A stretch of 64,000 bases of DNA from Amoebophrya sp. A120 (lineage: Eukaryota > Protista > Dinoflagellata), in the NCBI GenBank assembly GCA_905178155.1, contig CAJINV010000011.1, forward strand, positions 891,982 to 955,981, written 5' to 3'. Shown here one piece after another: positions 24,717 through 37,518 of this stretch. The position numbers and the translations under genes were made by a program. The notes below the pieces were generated by a model that was not told the DNA's origin, did no database searches, and was given only the letters and a program-made list of their open reading frames with translations. How positions within the stretch are numbered: the stretch's first letter is position 1; every line of letters starts with the position of its first letter.

Positions 24717-27053
24717 TGATGGCCGTCCCTGTTTCCTCTCTCCGGCGTGCACGTTTTCTCGTTTCGCTGGTTTTCTTCCAGCCGACTCCACATAAGCCAT
24801 GGCTGCAGCAAGAGGGAATACACACAACTTTCGGCGGCCACCTATTATTCGTCGCCGCCCAGCCCAACCGCGTCGACCCGGTTCCGGAGAAGATCACGAC
24901 CTACCTGGAGTGGTTTGACATTGGCCACAAGGACGCTGCGGACCACCTGCAGCACGCGTTTCAAGAAAATTTGTCGCCGAACTACCTGTATGCATTGCAA
25001 AAGTATCGTACTTTGTAGAAAGGCATTACAAATTTTCCCAGCATGAGAACTGGATTTTGCCATGCTGTTTTACCTTAAGGACAAGATTTGTCATGCATAG
25101 TTGCAATTATTATTAGGATTAGTACGAGTGCGATGCTTTTGCACCGCATAACCTGCAGCTGACCCCGGCGGAGAAGCAGTGCATTGTGGAGTTTTTCCGC
25201 AGCGTCGGCCAGCACGCGGTACAAGCCATGAAGACCGCGGTCGAATCACCCCGTTGCGCGTCCCTCCTCACCCTCTCCAGCATCAAGGACGTCGTCGAGC
25301 ACGGCGTCGTGCGGCGTCGTAATGCTGGTGGTGGTCAACAAGCATCTTCATCCGGAAGAACTGGTAGCAGCACGATGGAGCTCGGCCAGGATCGGCGACA
25401 CAGCCGGCATAAGAACAGCAGGGAACAACGCACTGGTACTAGCCAGCAGGTGCGAAAGAGCGGGGTGGGAGAGAGAGAAACTGCGGCGAGCGGTAACAAT
25501 AAAGACGATGGCGAAACCACGTCGGTTGTTATGGAGAGAGAGCAGCACATAGCCGAGCACTTCACCACGACGGGGGACGACGGGGCGACGGCGAGTACAG
25601 CCGAGAGGAGTACGTCCTCTTACGAAGCAGGAAAATTAGTGGGGCAGTGGCAATGGATTTGGCACGCATTTATTTGGTATGTGGCTACGCATAATCAAGA
25701 GTCGACACCTCTCTGTTCTTGCACGTTTTGACGGCGTGGCCCTCTTGCGAGAAAGTTTTTTCTTTGTTCGAAAGGCATTGCTGCGCACTTTATTTCCGCT
25801 CCATACGGCTTCTACCACGACCACACCCGACCTCATGGACTTGACGAAATTTGACGTTTATGGAATGAAAATGGAACACATCATCATCTTTTTGTCCTCT
25901 TGTTGTTTCCGACACTTCTAAATACGACTGTCGAAAAGAAAGATCAGCATCTAGATAATGGCAGTCTATCCTGTAACTTGGGTAAGCAACTGCATAGATA
26001 TAAAAATTAATCTTCTCGTGCCGTCCTCGTGCCAGCAAAGATAAATTGATTGTTGAAAACAGCAAGCGTCTAATGAAAACAGCAAGCGTCTAATACGTTG
26101 TTTCCAGCTGTTCACTCATTCGCATAACCCATTCGGCTACCCGCTTCCGCCGAACGAGAAGGACATGAATTTTGACAACCACGGCCCGCAATCGGTCGAG
26201 CAGTTTCTACAGCGCACCGCCCTGTATTTCCACCTGAACGGGTATGGAAGCGTCAGGATCGAAATCAACAAAATCGAAATAATTTGTGATGCATAAAATC
26301 GATACCAGTTGGAGCCTCAGTTTCGAAGTGGCGCATGACAAATTTCGGGAGCACCAAAATCCAGGCTGTCATGCTGTTTCGGCAAAGAAGACTGCTCCTG
26401 TCATGGTACTCCAGCAGCGCATCGCCTTCCCCTAAACAGGCTTGCAATCGGTCTCATTTGCCTGCTCCCCAACACAGGCCTTACGTGCTCTACATTTTAT
26501 GCATTACAAATTTTTCGACTTTGTCGACTTCGATCCTGACACCCCCATAACGGGACCGATTTGAGTGGGGTCACGTGGTACGACAAGCGTATGGTGGACC
26601 TGTGGGTCACCGACACCGAGAACTGGTGCAAACTGGAAATCGCCAAGGTCTACAGCGTATCAAATGCAAAAATGTCTGGGTCTGGAAGGTGGAAACTTGT
26701 CATGGTCAATCTGAAGCATGCAAAAATCTGTGTTGCATGAGTGCCAAAAGCTGTCCACTTTTGACCAAATTGGAAGGGAGCTTCTCATGCAGGATGGGCA
26801 TGGCAGAGACCTCCCAAAGTCTGTCATGCTAAGTCCCGCTTCCCAGACCTCATGAGTCATGGAAAATCTGCATGACAAGTTTACACTTTTCCAGACCCAG
26901 ACATTTTTGCACTTGATACAGCGGTACCAAGGGGTTCAAGGTGCTAGACACGCAACTCACGCTCGAGCACGGGTTGCTCAATGTCGAAAAACCCCCCACT
27001 GGGAAATGCTACGTGCAGTATCGATATTTGTTTATTTTTCTGTTGTAGAGTAG
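24717..27053 (+). CDS. Multi-exon hypothetical protein with three introners
   Basis: In-frame joins NYL|QLTPAEK, HLNG|TDLSG and KVYS|GTKGFK. One probable GT intron from ~25677 to ~26107, unresolved. Both ends uncertain. Confidence 0.5.
24989..25150. mobile_element. TIR introner, family B (162 bp)
   Basis: ACCTG-TA...TA-ACCTG. Colinear with 4238-4390. Confidence 0.9.
26054..26094. repeat. Perfect 20-bp tandem duplication
   Basis: TGAAAACAGCAAGCGTCTAA occurs twice in a row. Confidence 0.85.
26243..26549. mobile_element. TIR introner, family D (307 bp)
   Basis: ACGGG-TA...TA-ACGGG. ~55-bp inverted repeat including GTCAGGATCGAA / TTCGATCCTGAC. Confidence 0.92.
26658..26918. mobile_element. TIR introner, family A (261 bp)
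   Basis: CAGCG-TA...TA-CAGCG. Inverted repeat TATCAAATGCAAAAATGTCTGGGTCTGGAA. Confidence 0.92.
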
Positions 27054-27836
27054 GGTAGGTTATCGATCGTGGGAGCGGAGGAACGAAAAGGAAAATCGAA
27101 TAGGTAGCGAGAAATTCACATCGGACGAGGGCTGCACCTGCAACGCGGTTGAGTATCCACGTGAGCAGAACCCTGTGGACAAAGTTTGTCCATCTGCTTT
27201 TCATGTGAAAATGCACCCTATCTAAAAAATATAAATCAGGTCCCCCTACAATCCGCTGATCTTCAACATTGTCTTCGATGCTCGGGTGGCGATGATATGC
27301 AATGCGATTTAATCATGTAAAAAAAACGGGATAAAAAATACACTGTCAAGAACAATGAATTAGAAAGATGAGATCCGTACTGCTACTGCTTTTTTTTCTG
27401 CAAGGATTTTATTTGTGACGCCGGTTTTCTCTTGCAGTGTGTAGGAGGTCTAGGTCATGCTATTGGTTCCGGCCTCACATGAACATGACTCCTTTTTGCA
27501 TTGTATACTCGGCGCGGCAGGGTAAGATGACTTCGCTCGAAATGGAAAGGAGGGAGAGCATCGACAAGGAGCTATGGAAGAGTCCAAATTATTTGATGAG
27601 GCAAGGAAGACCTGTACTTCGACTTCCGTAGAGGTGGATGTAGGGCCTGTAGTCGTAGCCTTTCTATTCAAGCAGTGAAGTTGCAGCACTTCCACCACGG
27701 CTGCTGATATTGAATTTGCCACCAAGCCTTGCTATACAAATCCAGCTCATGATTGTACTTCTCGAAAGTGTTGCGTATCCATCAGCCTTGGCTCATCACT
27801 TTGACTTTTTTCTCTCGATTTTCCACCCGGCAGGAC

Positions 27837-28520
27837 ATGGCCGAGGAAAAGGCGATTTTCCAAACGAAAAAGGACAATTCGTGGCGTTACTACTTTCTGC
27901 ACGAGCTCGGACCGGATGTCGTCGTCGCGGTTCTTCTCGCGTTGTTCCTCGAATTCTGCATCCTGAAGCCCGCCTACCGCTACTTTTACGGCCATCACCC
28001 GCACGACCACATCGATCCACGTACGGGCGAAATCCACTGGGACAGCTACGAGCACGCGGTCGGACACTACCGCAACAGCGGCGTCGTGATCCGCGGCTAC
28101 GTACACGACGAAGCGGAGCGCGAGCTGGCGGCCGCAAACGGGACAAATAACGGCGGCAACGAAGGTGGAGGAACAGCAGAACAGCGGCCGCCCGGCGTCG
28201 CGCCCGCGGGCGGCAGCGAGGACGGCGAGCAGGTGGCGACGGCGGGGGAAGTAGATGGTAGCAATAATGCGCCGCCCCCTCCGGGGGGACCACGAACTGG
28301 AGGTCGTCAGAGCGGTGGCCTTGGTACTATAGGGCCCGGCAATGTTGCACTTGCGGCGGCTGGTGCTGGTGGTGACATGCTACCCATAGACGGCGCGACG
28401 CTGGGAGATGAGCAGAACACGCCGACAGGACGAGCAAACGGTCTGGGAGGTCCGGAAGGAACAAACGGAGCGCCAGGGAGACAGCCGCCATCAAGTTCCG
28501 GGGAATCAGAATCGCTGTAG
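27837..28520 (+). CDS. Hypothetical single-pass membrane protein with a Gly/Pro-rich tail; may have an upstream exon
   Basis: GC-rich ORF with hydrophobic segment VVVAVLLALFLEFCIL. A CAG just upstream is a possible splice acceptor. Confidence 0.55.
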   Translation: MAEEKAIFQTKKDNSWRYYFLHELGPDVVVAVLLALFLEFCILKPAYRYFYGHHPHDHIDPRTGEIHWDSYEHAVGHYRNSGVVIRGYVHDEAERELAAANGTNNGGNEGGGTAEQRPPGVAPAGGSEDGEQVATAGEVDGSNNAPPPPGGPRTGGRQSGGLGTIGPGNVALAAAGAGGDMLPIDGATLGDEQNTPTGRANGLGGPEGTNGAPGRQPPSSSGESESL

Positions 28521-29139
28521 CGGTCGTTGGCTGATGATGATGGTGTTGTGGAGTAAGTACTTGATAGAGCAGCTTCTGGAATCAACGAGATCTGACTTCC
28601 TGGTAGGGCTCGATTCGATGCTAATTGCTGCAGAGATTGCAACATGACCACGCATCAGTCATCATTTTGGTATGTTTCGCCTTCGTTTCATCGCGTGTGT
28701 TGACGTTTCGAAGAAGATTCGCGCAAGGTTTCTGGTGCGAAGAAACAGAAAGAAAAATCACACAAGGACTAAGAGTGAAGGACCGCTGTGGTCCTCGCCG
28801 CTGGGCCGCGGGGCACATTGCTGGTGACAGCCAGCACACGAGTGTGTTCCCTTTGCGGTCCAGCACTACAACAAGTAGATTTCCCGCTTCTGATCTTCAC
28901 CTTGGGGTCAACTTTTTTTGCTTCTTCCCACTGTGTTTCTGTGATGGATGTTGTCGTTAAGGAGTCGTAATAAGCCTAAAAGATCCACCTGAACCTGATC
29001 GTCGAGGTTTTCCAAGCCTTTTCTGGTGGTTGTGTAATCTGTACAAGGATGTGATTGCGATTACTTAGTGCCAGCTTGCGCTTTTTCCGTGCTGTGTTAG
29101 CTCGTAATTTATTCCTTCTCGTCACAGCCAACATCTATC

Positions 29140-29823
29140 ATGCGTTTGTTCTCGCGTTTTTTTCTTTGCGGTCTGCCCTCCGTGCTGACAAGCTTCTCTA
29201 TCAGCGTAGAAGCCATCCGCAAAATCGCTCAAAGAAGATCGAGCCCCGTAATATTCCGGACGTCGTTGCAGCGCACCGCCGCATTGCCGATCTGGAAGCT
29301 GCGCCCCACGACCGCGCTCTGGAAGAACGATAATCACAAGACCTCCATGCCAGCAACTTCGAAAGCAGCTTTGCGCGCGTCGACCTCTGGCTCCTCTTCG
29401 TCGTCCTCTTCCGGTGACAATTACGACGGAACAAGTGCCAAGCCTACTTTCGCCCTCGGTCCCTACGGCCAACAGGCGAAGCCCGCCAGCACGGTGGTGG
29501 GGGTCGCCGTGCGCAACAAGGACGGAGCGACGAGCAGCACAGGGAGGGAACCACAGGGCGGGATTACCGCCGAGGTGACCGGGAAAACGCGGGTCTTTCA
29601 CAAGAAAGTGCGCGGAAATTACTATGGCGAGGACGGTGAGGAAGCGGGGAGCGCCGGTGGAGAGAATGGAATTAGTGCCTGGAAAAGAGCGTCGTTTTCC
29701 ACCTCTGCTGCCGAAGAAACGGACGCACAAGGGAATGGTAAAAGCAGCACCGACGGCCAGTTTTTGCAGAAGTTTGGCTACATGGTCTCTACCGTCGATC
29801 CCATGGAGCAGTTATCCCAATGA
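29140..29823 (+). CDS. Hypothetical protein with an Arg/Ser-rich N-terminus (possible mitochondrial transit peptide)
   Basis: 227-aa ORF with host-like codon usage. Confidence 0.45.
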   Translation: MRLFSRFFLCGLPSVLTSFSISVEAIRKIAQRRSSPVIFRTSLQRTAALPIWKLRPTTALWKNDNHKTSMPATSKAALRASTSGSSSSSSSGDNYDGTSAKPTFALGPYGQQAKPASTVVGVAVRNKDGATSSTGREPQGGITAEVTGKTRVFHKKVRGNYYGEDGEEAGSAGGENGISAWKRASFSTSAAEETDAQGNGKSSTDGQFLQKFGYMVSTVDPMEQLSQ

Positions 29824-31221
29824 GGAAATTTTTGTCCGCCTAGTGGTGCTTCACGCTATTTGCAACAACTGGAGTTTTCCCATGGCGATGGAATAGTCGA
29901 AAGAGTCATGCTGCGCATAAAGTTGTCGTGAAAGTATCAAGTAAGTTGCTACTGCTGTACCTGTTCATGTGCTAACCATGACAGCACATGACCCTATTTG
30001 CCATGCCGAGTTGCGTTATGAGTCACCTGCTGGTCGTGCGATCGACATCTTCGGGGACATTGATTTCAAATGGGATAGCAGTTTGATCACGTAATGGGGA
30101 TGGAGGAATCGGAAGAGTGAAAGCGGATTCGGAAACTGTTCGTACACGATGACGATGCGATATTTTGCAAGAAGAACGCGGACCGGTTTACTATAAATAT
30201 CGATCAACCACTAGCTTTTGGTTTGATAATGGTCGGTGCGAAGATGAAAATGATATCAACATCTTCAAGTGGAAGTGCTACACCTGCAAAAACTCTTGAA
30301 GTATTTTTTTGCTCGTCTACGTTGTCGAGTACAACTAGACTACAAATAGCAACGCACGACGAAGACTACTTCTTTCGGGAATACAGGACTTTTTGAAAAT
30401 TTCAGCCAGTATGATGGGCTTCGGCTTTTAATACTTCTTCGTCCGATCGCGGAAAAAATCGACTTTCATATGGAACAACTTCTTTTTGGGTCTCGTAGTA
30501 TGTTATGTCGAAGATAAATTATAAAAAAGGTGCAACTACTTCCGCTGGCGGTGACCAAGTGCAAGTGGAAACATACATCGTTTCTGAATCCGCACATTGT
30601 TGTTCTGCATGTAGTGGCGGTTCTTTCATCTTCAACCCATAGGACCCCCGCGCAGCTTAAAAAATCCTTCAACCAAGAATAAAAACCGATCTTCTTTCGA
30701 CGGGATCTGTAGTAAGGTCGTTGCGCTAAGTGAATCAAATCTATTCTTCCACAAGACGTTTTATGAGCAAGGTAAGGTTCTGGTGTTAAATGAAAACCAA
30801 AATTTAAATCAATCATCTGATCCACGGACGTGTCGAGTGGTCAGAATCCATTAGAGATACGTTGATCATAAAACGACAGTTGAAGTTTTCCGATGGTACA
30901 TTTTTTTCATGCGCGGTTCGTTCATGATGTGCATCTACAATTTTTTTTCGTGCTTAGCCTGAAGAAGATGAGGATTTCGTAAGTACTAAAGAACTTTACA
31001 ATGAATGACCCGGCGCAGGCAAGAATTAGGTGGTGCAAAAGTCTGCTCTGATATTTTTGATCAGGGCTACTAAGTAGACAGAGACGCGGACGCCACTAGT
31101 ACCGCGAGCAAAATGCATGTCGTCGCGACCGTTGCAGAAGACTATTAGAAATCTTAAAGCGACGACTCTGTAGTGCTATCAAGACCCACTTTGCACTTCA
31201 CTACACCCCCTCCAAAATATC

Positions 31222-32559
31222 ATGACCTCCGAAGATCAAACGCGCCAGGCTGCGGAGGGTCTGTTCCTCCCCGGCGTCCCGGTGCCAACCGCGGGCGCCT
31301 CCGTCCTTCTTGAAATGGAAGAGGCGAAAAAGAAGCAGGACCTGCCCGCGCTGCGAACGTCCCTGTTAAAAGCAAGACAACTTCCCGGCGTCAACACGCC
31401 GTGGATCGACAACGCGCTGCAGGAGATCGAAAACCTCCAGCAGGTCCAGCAGCAGCAGGGGGGCACGAACATCACCGACATTGCGCGCCAGTGCAAGGAC
31501 AAGGGGAATGCAGCGCTGAAGGAGGCGAACAACAGCAAGCAGAAATTAAAACAAGCCGGCGAGCACTACACCACGGGCGTGACGATACTCAGCACCTTCC
31601 TGCAGAACCAGGCGAAACTGGCTGAGGACCGGGCGAAAAAGGTGAAGGAAGGGGTGTTGAAGCCAGAAGAGGCGGACAATACCGACCCGGAGAAGGAAAA
31701 AATGATCGCGGACTCAAAAGTGCTCCTCTCCCAGCTCTACTCCAACCGGGCGCAGGTGTTGCTGCAGATCCGCGAGTTCTCCGGGTGCGTGGACGATTGT
31801 AAGCGGTGTCTGGCGTTGGACAACGCCAATATGAAGGCCTACTACCGGGCCGCAAGGGCCAGTCTCCTGAACGGGTTGTTTCAGCAAGCGGTCGACTTTT
31901 GCACGGCGGGGATCGAGGTATTGTTATAGCATCATTCAATCGTATAGAAAAATAGTAAAAACATGCAGCCATAAGCCTGACAAATTTATCTGCAAAAATC
32001 ATTTGGAAGACATTGAGATTCAGACCACGAGCAATTTTCGATATTTACACACGACGACCAGGTTGCAGAAGCCGCGCAAGCCTCTAGTTCCGCCGCTGCA
32101 CCAGCTTCCAACACCGAGGATTTGAAGAAGCTCTTGGATTCCGCGTCCCAAAAGCTGAACGCGCAGAAGGACATCAAGGAGAAACTCTCTGTGTCCCCGC
32201 AGGAGCTGATGGACCAGCAGCAGAACGTGCAGCGACTCTACGGTCAGCTGCAGCAGCTCCAGCAGCAAATTTTCCTGAAGAAGCAGAAGCAGCGAGCGCA
32301 ACTGGTCACCAAGGAGTACGTGAAGACGCAGTGCCAGGACGTGAACACCTACGTGTCCTGCGGGAAGGTGTTTGTCATGCGCAGCCACGACGGTCTGGTC
32401 AAGGATATGGAGGACCAGATGGAAAGCCTCGACGCGGAGCTGCCGAAAATGGAGAAGGCACACGCGGAATTGAAGGAGCGGTTTGACGCGGCCAACGCAG
32501 AATTCGAGGCGATTGTGAAGCACATGAACAAACATCTGGTCGGACGGCAGAGGCAGTGA
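31222..32559 (+). CDS. TPR co-chaperone domain fused to a prefoldin beta-type (PFDN1-like) domain, 2 exons
   Basis: TPR motifs ARQCKDKGNAALK and LYSNRAQVLL...CVDDCKRCLALDNANMKAYYRAARA. Phase-0 GT-AG intron at 31918-32061. C-terminal coiled coil with NTYVSCGKVFV hairpin. Confidence 0.72.
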
Positions 32560-33076
32560 GGGAAGAGCTGTAGCAGGTCCATCTTCAGAAGTAGAGGAAG
32601 ACCAATTATGCTGAGCGTGGATATTATAATTCTTGACAAAGTTCTTATTGCGTGCTTTGTCCACCACGCCGGCACCCTGATGCGCTCCTTGTTGTACTCA
32701 TCATCACGACCCACTTCGAATTCTTCTTCAGACGACAACATCATGTATCATTTTCATGTGCCATGCTCTGACACATCTTCACACCATGAATCAATTTCAG
32801 TAGAAACTGGCGCAGCTGCGGGTTCGGCTGTGCCGTCACCATTGGTGGCTCTGGCAACGTGTTCTCTGGGGACCAAAAGAAGTACTTCTTTCGAAGGTGA
32901 ACATTCGCCTTTCGGGTGAATAGGCACTTCAATGCCTCCAACAAGGTGGGTGCAGCACGTTCTTTCGTTCTTGTTTGTTGCATGTACCGTCGCACTTCTA
33001 AAGCTCAAATTGAACCTCTGATCTGGGAACCAAACAGCAGCGGTGGCAATCGGTTCTCGTCTATAGGACAAAAAAG

Positions 33077-33928
33077 ATGGCAGCGGATGTGCTTGTCGGC
33101 CGAGCAGGTTGCAGTCGTGCACGCAGCAGCCGACGATTTCCGGCTAGCTTCTGTTTTTGCGCGACAATCATCATACAGTTACTAAATTTCTCAAGCATTT
33201 TCTCTCCTATCGAAGCCGTGACGCTCTTCACTCACCTGCAGACGAGAAAGGAAATAACCGGAGCCAACGCTGTCGCCGAGAACAAGAGCAGCAGAACCAG
33301 GCTGTTAGAGCAGAAATGTTCCCAGCTGGGCTACATCCACCCAAATCCCTGTCACTGTCACTGTCCGAATTGCCCCGACCCGAAATACAAGGAACCCGCC
33401 GCGTGCCCCCCGGCCACCGAACCGCCGCCGCCCCCGCCGCCGGAGCGTCCGGGGATGCCGCCGCCGGATGAACTGGCACCGCTGCCAAAAGTTCCGCCGC
33501 TGCCAGCGCAGATCAGCGAGGCAGTCAACCTGTTTCAACTGCAGTTAAACGCCTTCTGTGCCGGGCCGCCGGACCCCCGGGAGTGCGTGTGCAACTGCCC
33601 ACCGTGCGACCACTGGGAACCGAAGTTACCGTCCTGCCAGTACAATAACGAAAGACTCTGTACACAGATCAACGCGGTCGGGGGGAAGGAGTTTGTCTGC
33701 TTCGTGCCGGAACCCGGGTGGGGTGACAGTCCCGAGGAATCGAGCAAACCTGCGGGAACAGAACCTGCTGCAGCCGCGGCTCCCGCGGAAGACCCGTGCG
33801 GCGGTGACCCGGAAGCGTTGCCCGAGGCGAAGTTTCCGCCGCCCATCGACAACTCGGCGCCCACACTGACGATCCCGGAGAATGAACCGCCAAAAATCGG
33901 CCCGGAGTTCGCGCCGAAGCTGGATTGA
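33077..33928 (+). CDS. Cys/Pro-rich, probably secreted protein
   Basis: 283-aa ORF with a hydrophobic N-proximal stretch, two CxCxCPxC motifs (CHCHCPNC, CVCNCPPC) and poly-Pro runs. Start uncertain. Confidence 0.6.
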   Translation: MAADVLVGRAGCSRARSSRRFPASFCFCATIIIQLLNFSSIFSPIEAVTLFTHLQTRKEITGANAVAENKSSRTRLLEQKCSQLGYIHPNPCHCHCPNCPDPKYKEPAACPPATEPPPPPPPERPGMPPPDELAPLPKVPPLPAQISEAVNLFQLQLNAFCAGPPDPRECVCNCPPCDHWEPKLPSCQYNNERLCTQINAVGGKEFVCFVPEPGWGDSPEESSKPAGTEPAAAAAPAEDPCGGDPEALPEAKFPPPIDNSAPTLTIPENEPPKIGPEFAPKLD

Positions 33929-34367
33929 ATGCCTAGCTGTAAGCTGCACGACATCGACATTCTATACTACTGACAGCTACAGGCGAGGTGGAAACTCTTG
34001 ATGTACAAATCATGAAGTGAATGGTGTGCTTTAATACTCTTTTCCAAACGCAAACTTGAAAACTTTTTTCGTTGAAGAAATCGTGCCCAGGGGGCTTGCG
34101 CCGTCATTTTTGTACGCAAGTGAGTGTAACAAAGTTAAGTAGCAGTTGTGCAGTGGGCGGATGCTGCAGCACCTGGATGGGAAAAAGCTACGGTTGTTCC
34201 TTTCTCGTTCTCCTTTGGGCAAGCAGCGCTCACTCTTTGCTAAGTTGCCTTGAGCCTACAAATACAAAGACACAAACATCAAAAAAACACACACAACGAC
34301 AAACATTATTTTGGAATACCATGGCCAGCCATAGTACCCTAGAACAAAAATAGAAACCAAAATCAAA

Positions 34368-35154
34368 ATGTGGTCTTCCCGGCAGCGTTGCGGCCTGGCT
34401 TCGTGGGTGGCTTCGATCGTTTCGTTCTACGCGTTTCTGTATCAAGTGTAAAAATGTCTGGGTCTGGAAGGATGTAACTTGTGATGCACATTTCAGAACA
34501 CACAAAAATCTTTGATGCATAGGCAGCAAAAGCTGCTCACTTTCTGTCACCAAAATGGGGGATTTGTCATGCGGATTCGGCATTGCGGAAGCTTCTCGAA
34601 ACCTGTGATGCTAGAGCTTCCATGCCAGACCTTCTGTGTCATGCAGAAGCAGCATGATTCTTCCAGACCCAGACACTTTTACATTTGATATTCTGTACCT
34701 GCTCTTTTCCGCGTCGACCGAGGCAACGTCGGAGTTCTTACAGTTCATTCTCCTCACGCCAACGGTTTTAGTCGTGTTGATCCCTGGTATTCTATTTGGC
34801 TACGTGCTTCTGAACGTCCGCGCAACGCCGAATTACGAGGATGAGTGTGTGCTTGGGGACGGAGATCCGCTGGATGTGAGGTTGGAGGAAGTGAATGAAC
34901 TGGTTTTTTTCGGCGGAAACTCGGTGAAATTGAATGACTTCCCAACTGCTGGTGCAAGAAAAGGGAATAGTAGTGGAGGAATGACAGCGCCTACACCCCC
35001 GGCCACACTTCTTCCGAGTGGATTTATCTGCGCTTGTCGCGTACAGCATACTGGCTGTTTTTTTTGCTGCAATGTTTCTACAGCCTTCTATTGTTCACAA
35101 GAGAGTTCTTCTTCCCAGCAGAGTGAGAAACCACGATTGAAAACACGAACGTAG
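34368..35154 (+). CDS. PIG-P-like subunit of GPI-GlcNAc transferase
   Basis: After introner removal: MWSSRQRCGLASWVASIVSFYAFLYLLF...GYVLLNVRATP...D...LDVRLEEVNELVF. Two hydrophobic segments with a PIG-P-like N-x3-T motif and D-x5-VN tail. Confidence 0.55.
34440..34690. mobile_element. TIR introner, family A (251 bp)
   Basis: TTCTG-TA...TA-TTCTG. Removal gives FYAFL|YLLF. Confidence 0.92.
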
Positions 35155-35606
35155 CGAAGAGAGAGAGCGAGGAAGAAACACTCAAGAGAGACGAAACAAT
35201 GAAGGTTGTTGTACTTAAGCAAAATCAAACAGTAACATAAGTAACAGATCGGTTTTCCTTTCAGCAGCAACTAACTGCTCTTGCAATTTAACGTAGTTTG
35301 ACGTTCCACAGTAGCACGCCCCTCCTGTTAATATCGTCCATTTTAAAGAACCGATGAAAGTAGCGTGTTTGCCTGTTTCTGTATGAAAGGATGACCGAAT
35401 CCGAATTACGATATGCCTTTCGTTTTTTTTTTGAGATAAAATGAAAAACCCGTCGAGTCTTCTTTCTCTGTTGACAAATATGCAGCGTCCCGTCCCTGGT
35501 GCTCGTTTTCACTAGCGATTTGATTTTGTCGCAACCGACAAAGCGAGTATGTTTGTTGTTTTCCCCTGAGACAGTACCTTATTTGGATTCTAGCGTTCGG
35601 CACATC

Positions 35607-36712
35607 ATGTCCATGACCATGTCAGCGTCTCCTTCCCCGTTTCTCTTCTTCACCTTTTTTCAGCTCGCAACCTCTGGCATTAACGCCGACAGTACCTGCA
35701 TGCTCACCGCAAAACGGTGCGAGCGGTTTCCCAGTTTCGCGGGGACCCAGTTTTCCGATCGCTATGGCGAACAGATGCTCGGGGCGGGTGACACGCCGGC
35801 CGCGTGCTTGAGACGAGCAGAAGACTTCCACCATTGGTGCGGAAATGGCAGGGATTCGGAGAAGGCAACCGTTGCGGCCACGCACGTGCCGTCGATGCAG
35901 ACGCAGGTATAGAATACAAAGATACTTTCAAGAAAGCCTGTTCATCCGTCGCCGAGGAGTAGCATGTACTACGTGGTTATGATAGGGAATACGAGCGATC
36001 AGCAGCATGAGTGCTTGCGCAACCTCATACAATTACAAACATCCATCATGTTCACCCCTACTCTCCGTATCAGATCTACCACCCGACCGCGTGTCCCGAC
36101 CTCGGTTGGTCGTTGTACCACAAGCACTGCTACATTCACGTGTGGCGGCAGAAGACCTGGTGGGAGGCTGAGGCCTGGTGCCAGGAGCGCGGCGGGAATT
36201 TGTGTAGCATTCACGGGAAGCAGGAGAACGAGTTCGTGTTCACGCTGACCAAGGGTCTCACGTCCTGGATCGGGTACGAGGATCAGGACCAGGACCAGGA
36301 GCACAAATGGAGCGACAACACGCCCGCGAACTACGAAAACATGGCGAAAAACTGCACGGGCCGCGAGACCGAACCGGATTGCGCGCCGCAGGAGACCGCG
36401 CAGCAGTGGTACGACTGGGAGGGCCACGATAAGGCCACCTGGGTCTGCAAAAAGGAGGCGAAGTGGAACTTGGCCCTCCTGCGGAACGAAACGACGAGCT
36501 ACAACTTGACCAGCTTGAGTTTTATCAACTGGGAAGATTTGAAAAAACCACTCGCGGACGAGATGATACGGCTGGACATGAGCAGGTCGGTCGAGGACGA
36601 AATAGAAGAGGAGGAGCTGAAACAAAAGGAGGAGGGAATGCTGCCGACAAAAGAGGAGGTTGCATCTTTATCCGCCAGTAGCAAAAAACCCTGTCTCACC
36701 TGCAAAGTGTGA
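35607..36712 (+). CDS. Secreted C-type lectin-domain protein, 2 exons
   Basis: Signal-like N-terminus and phase-0 GT-AG intron at 35907-36073. Domain motifs CPDLGWSLYHKHCY, TWWEAEAWCQERGGNLCSIH, ENEFV, WIG, WSD, WYD, VCKK. Confidence 0.85.
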
Positions 36713-37518
36713 TCAGTTACGGTGAATGATATTGTTGGATCAGCATCGGCTTCTTGTCTTCGGCCCTTCAACACGCATGGCAGGATAATTTGTCGACGTT
36801 TCATCTTCTTGAGACGTCGACTTTGTGCCCGTGGAAGGCTGATAATGAGATGCTCTCGGTGACTGAAACTCCTGTAGATAATCTTTATCGCTGCATGCCA
36901 CAAGAAACACATACACAACTATAGTTAGACGGAGGCGAGCTCGCCCTCGCTCTATGCGCACCAGGCGATGGTCGTGTTTAGAGCCACAGCAAGAGAGGAA
37001 GTGTTCAAGTTTTGTTGCTTGATCCGTGACAACTCTTGGCTTTTTTCGAAAAGAATAAAGGAGATCCAAAATGCTCACAGTATAATTGTGGCTTTGGATT
37101 TTTGTCTATTTCCATTTTTGCAAATCGTAATTCTTGTTGTCTGTGTCAACAACGCTGGTGGAAGTTGCTGTCTTCGGATAAAGTCAATGCGTAGAAGATC
37201 ATTGAAAAAATTGGCGATTTTCACGATCAAGCGTGTTTGCGGATCCGCGATGTTTTTTTTTGTTATCCCGTTCCTGTTCACGTTGTATGAGTGTTGGCCT
37301 CTCTTTATTTTCCTCGTGAAGATATCGTCGCGTGTAAGTGTATACATCGTGGTCTTTTCTTCGTGTTACTTCGCTAGAAATTTGATGGACGTCACAAGGA
37401 AAAGCAATCCCAATAGTGAGTTGGAAGGTATTTTCGGTATTGAAGAACCCGCGCCACTGGCGCGCGGCTCTTTATCTTTTGCGTCATGCCGCGATTGCGA
37501 AGAGGCGCAGTGCGCAGC

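Noticed and set aside
3-32559. Functional clustering of the RPAP3-C and TPR-prefoldin co-chaperone genes
   Set aside because: They are 31 kb apart with unrelated genes between them, so proximity is likely coincidental.
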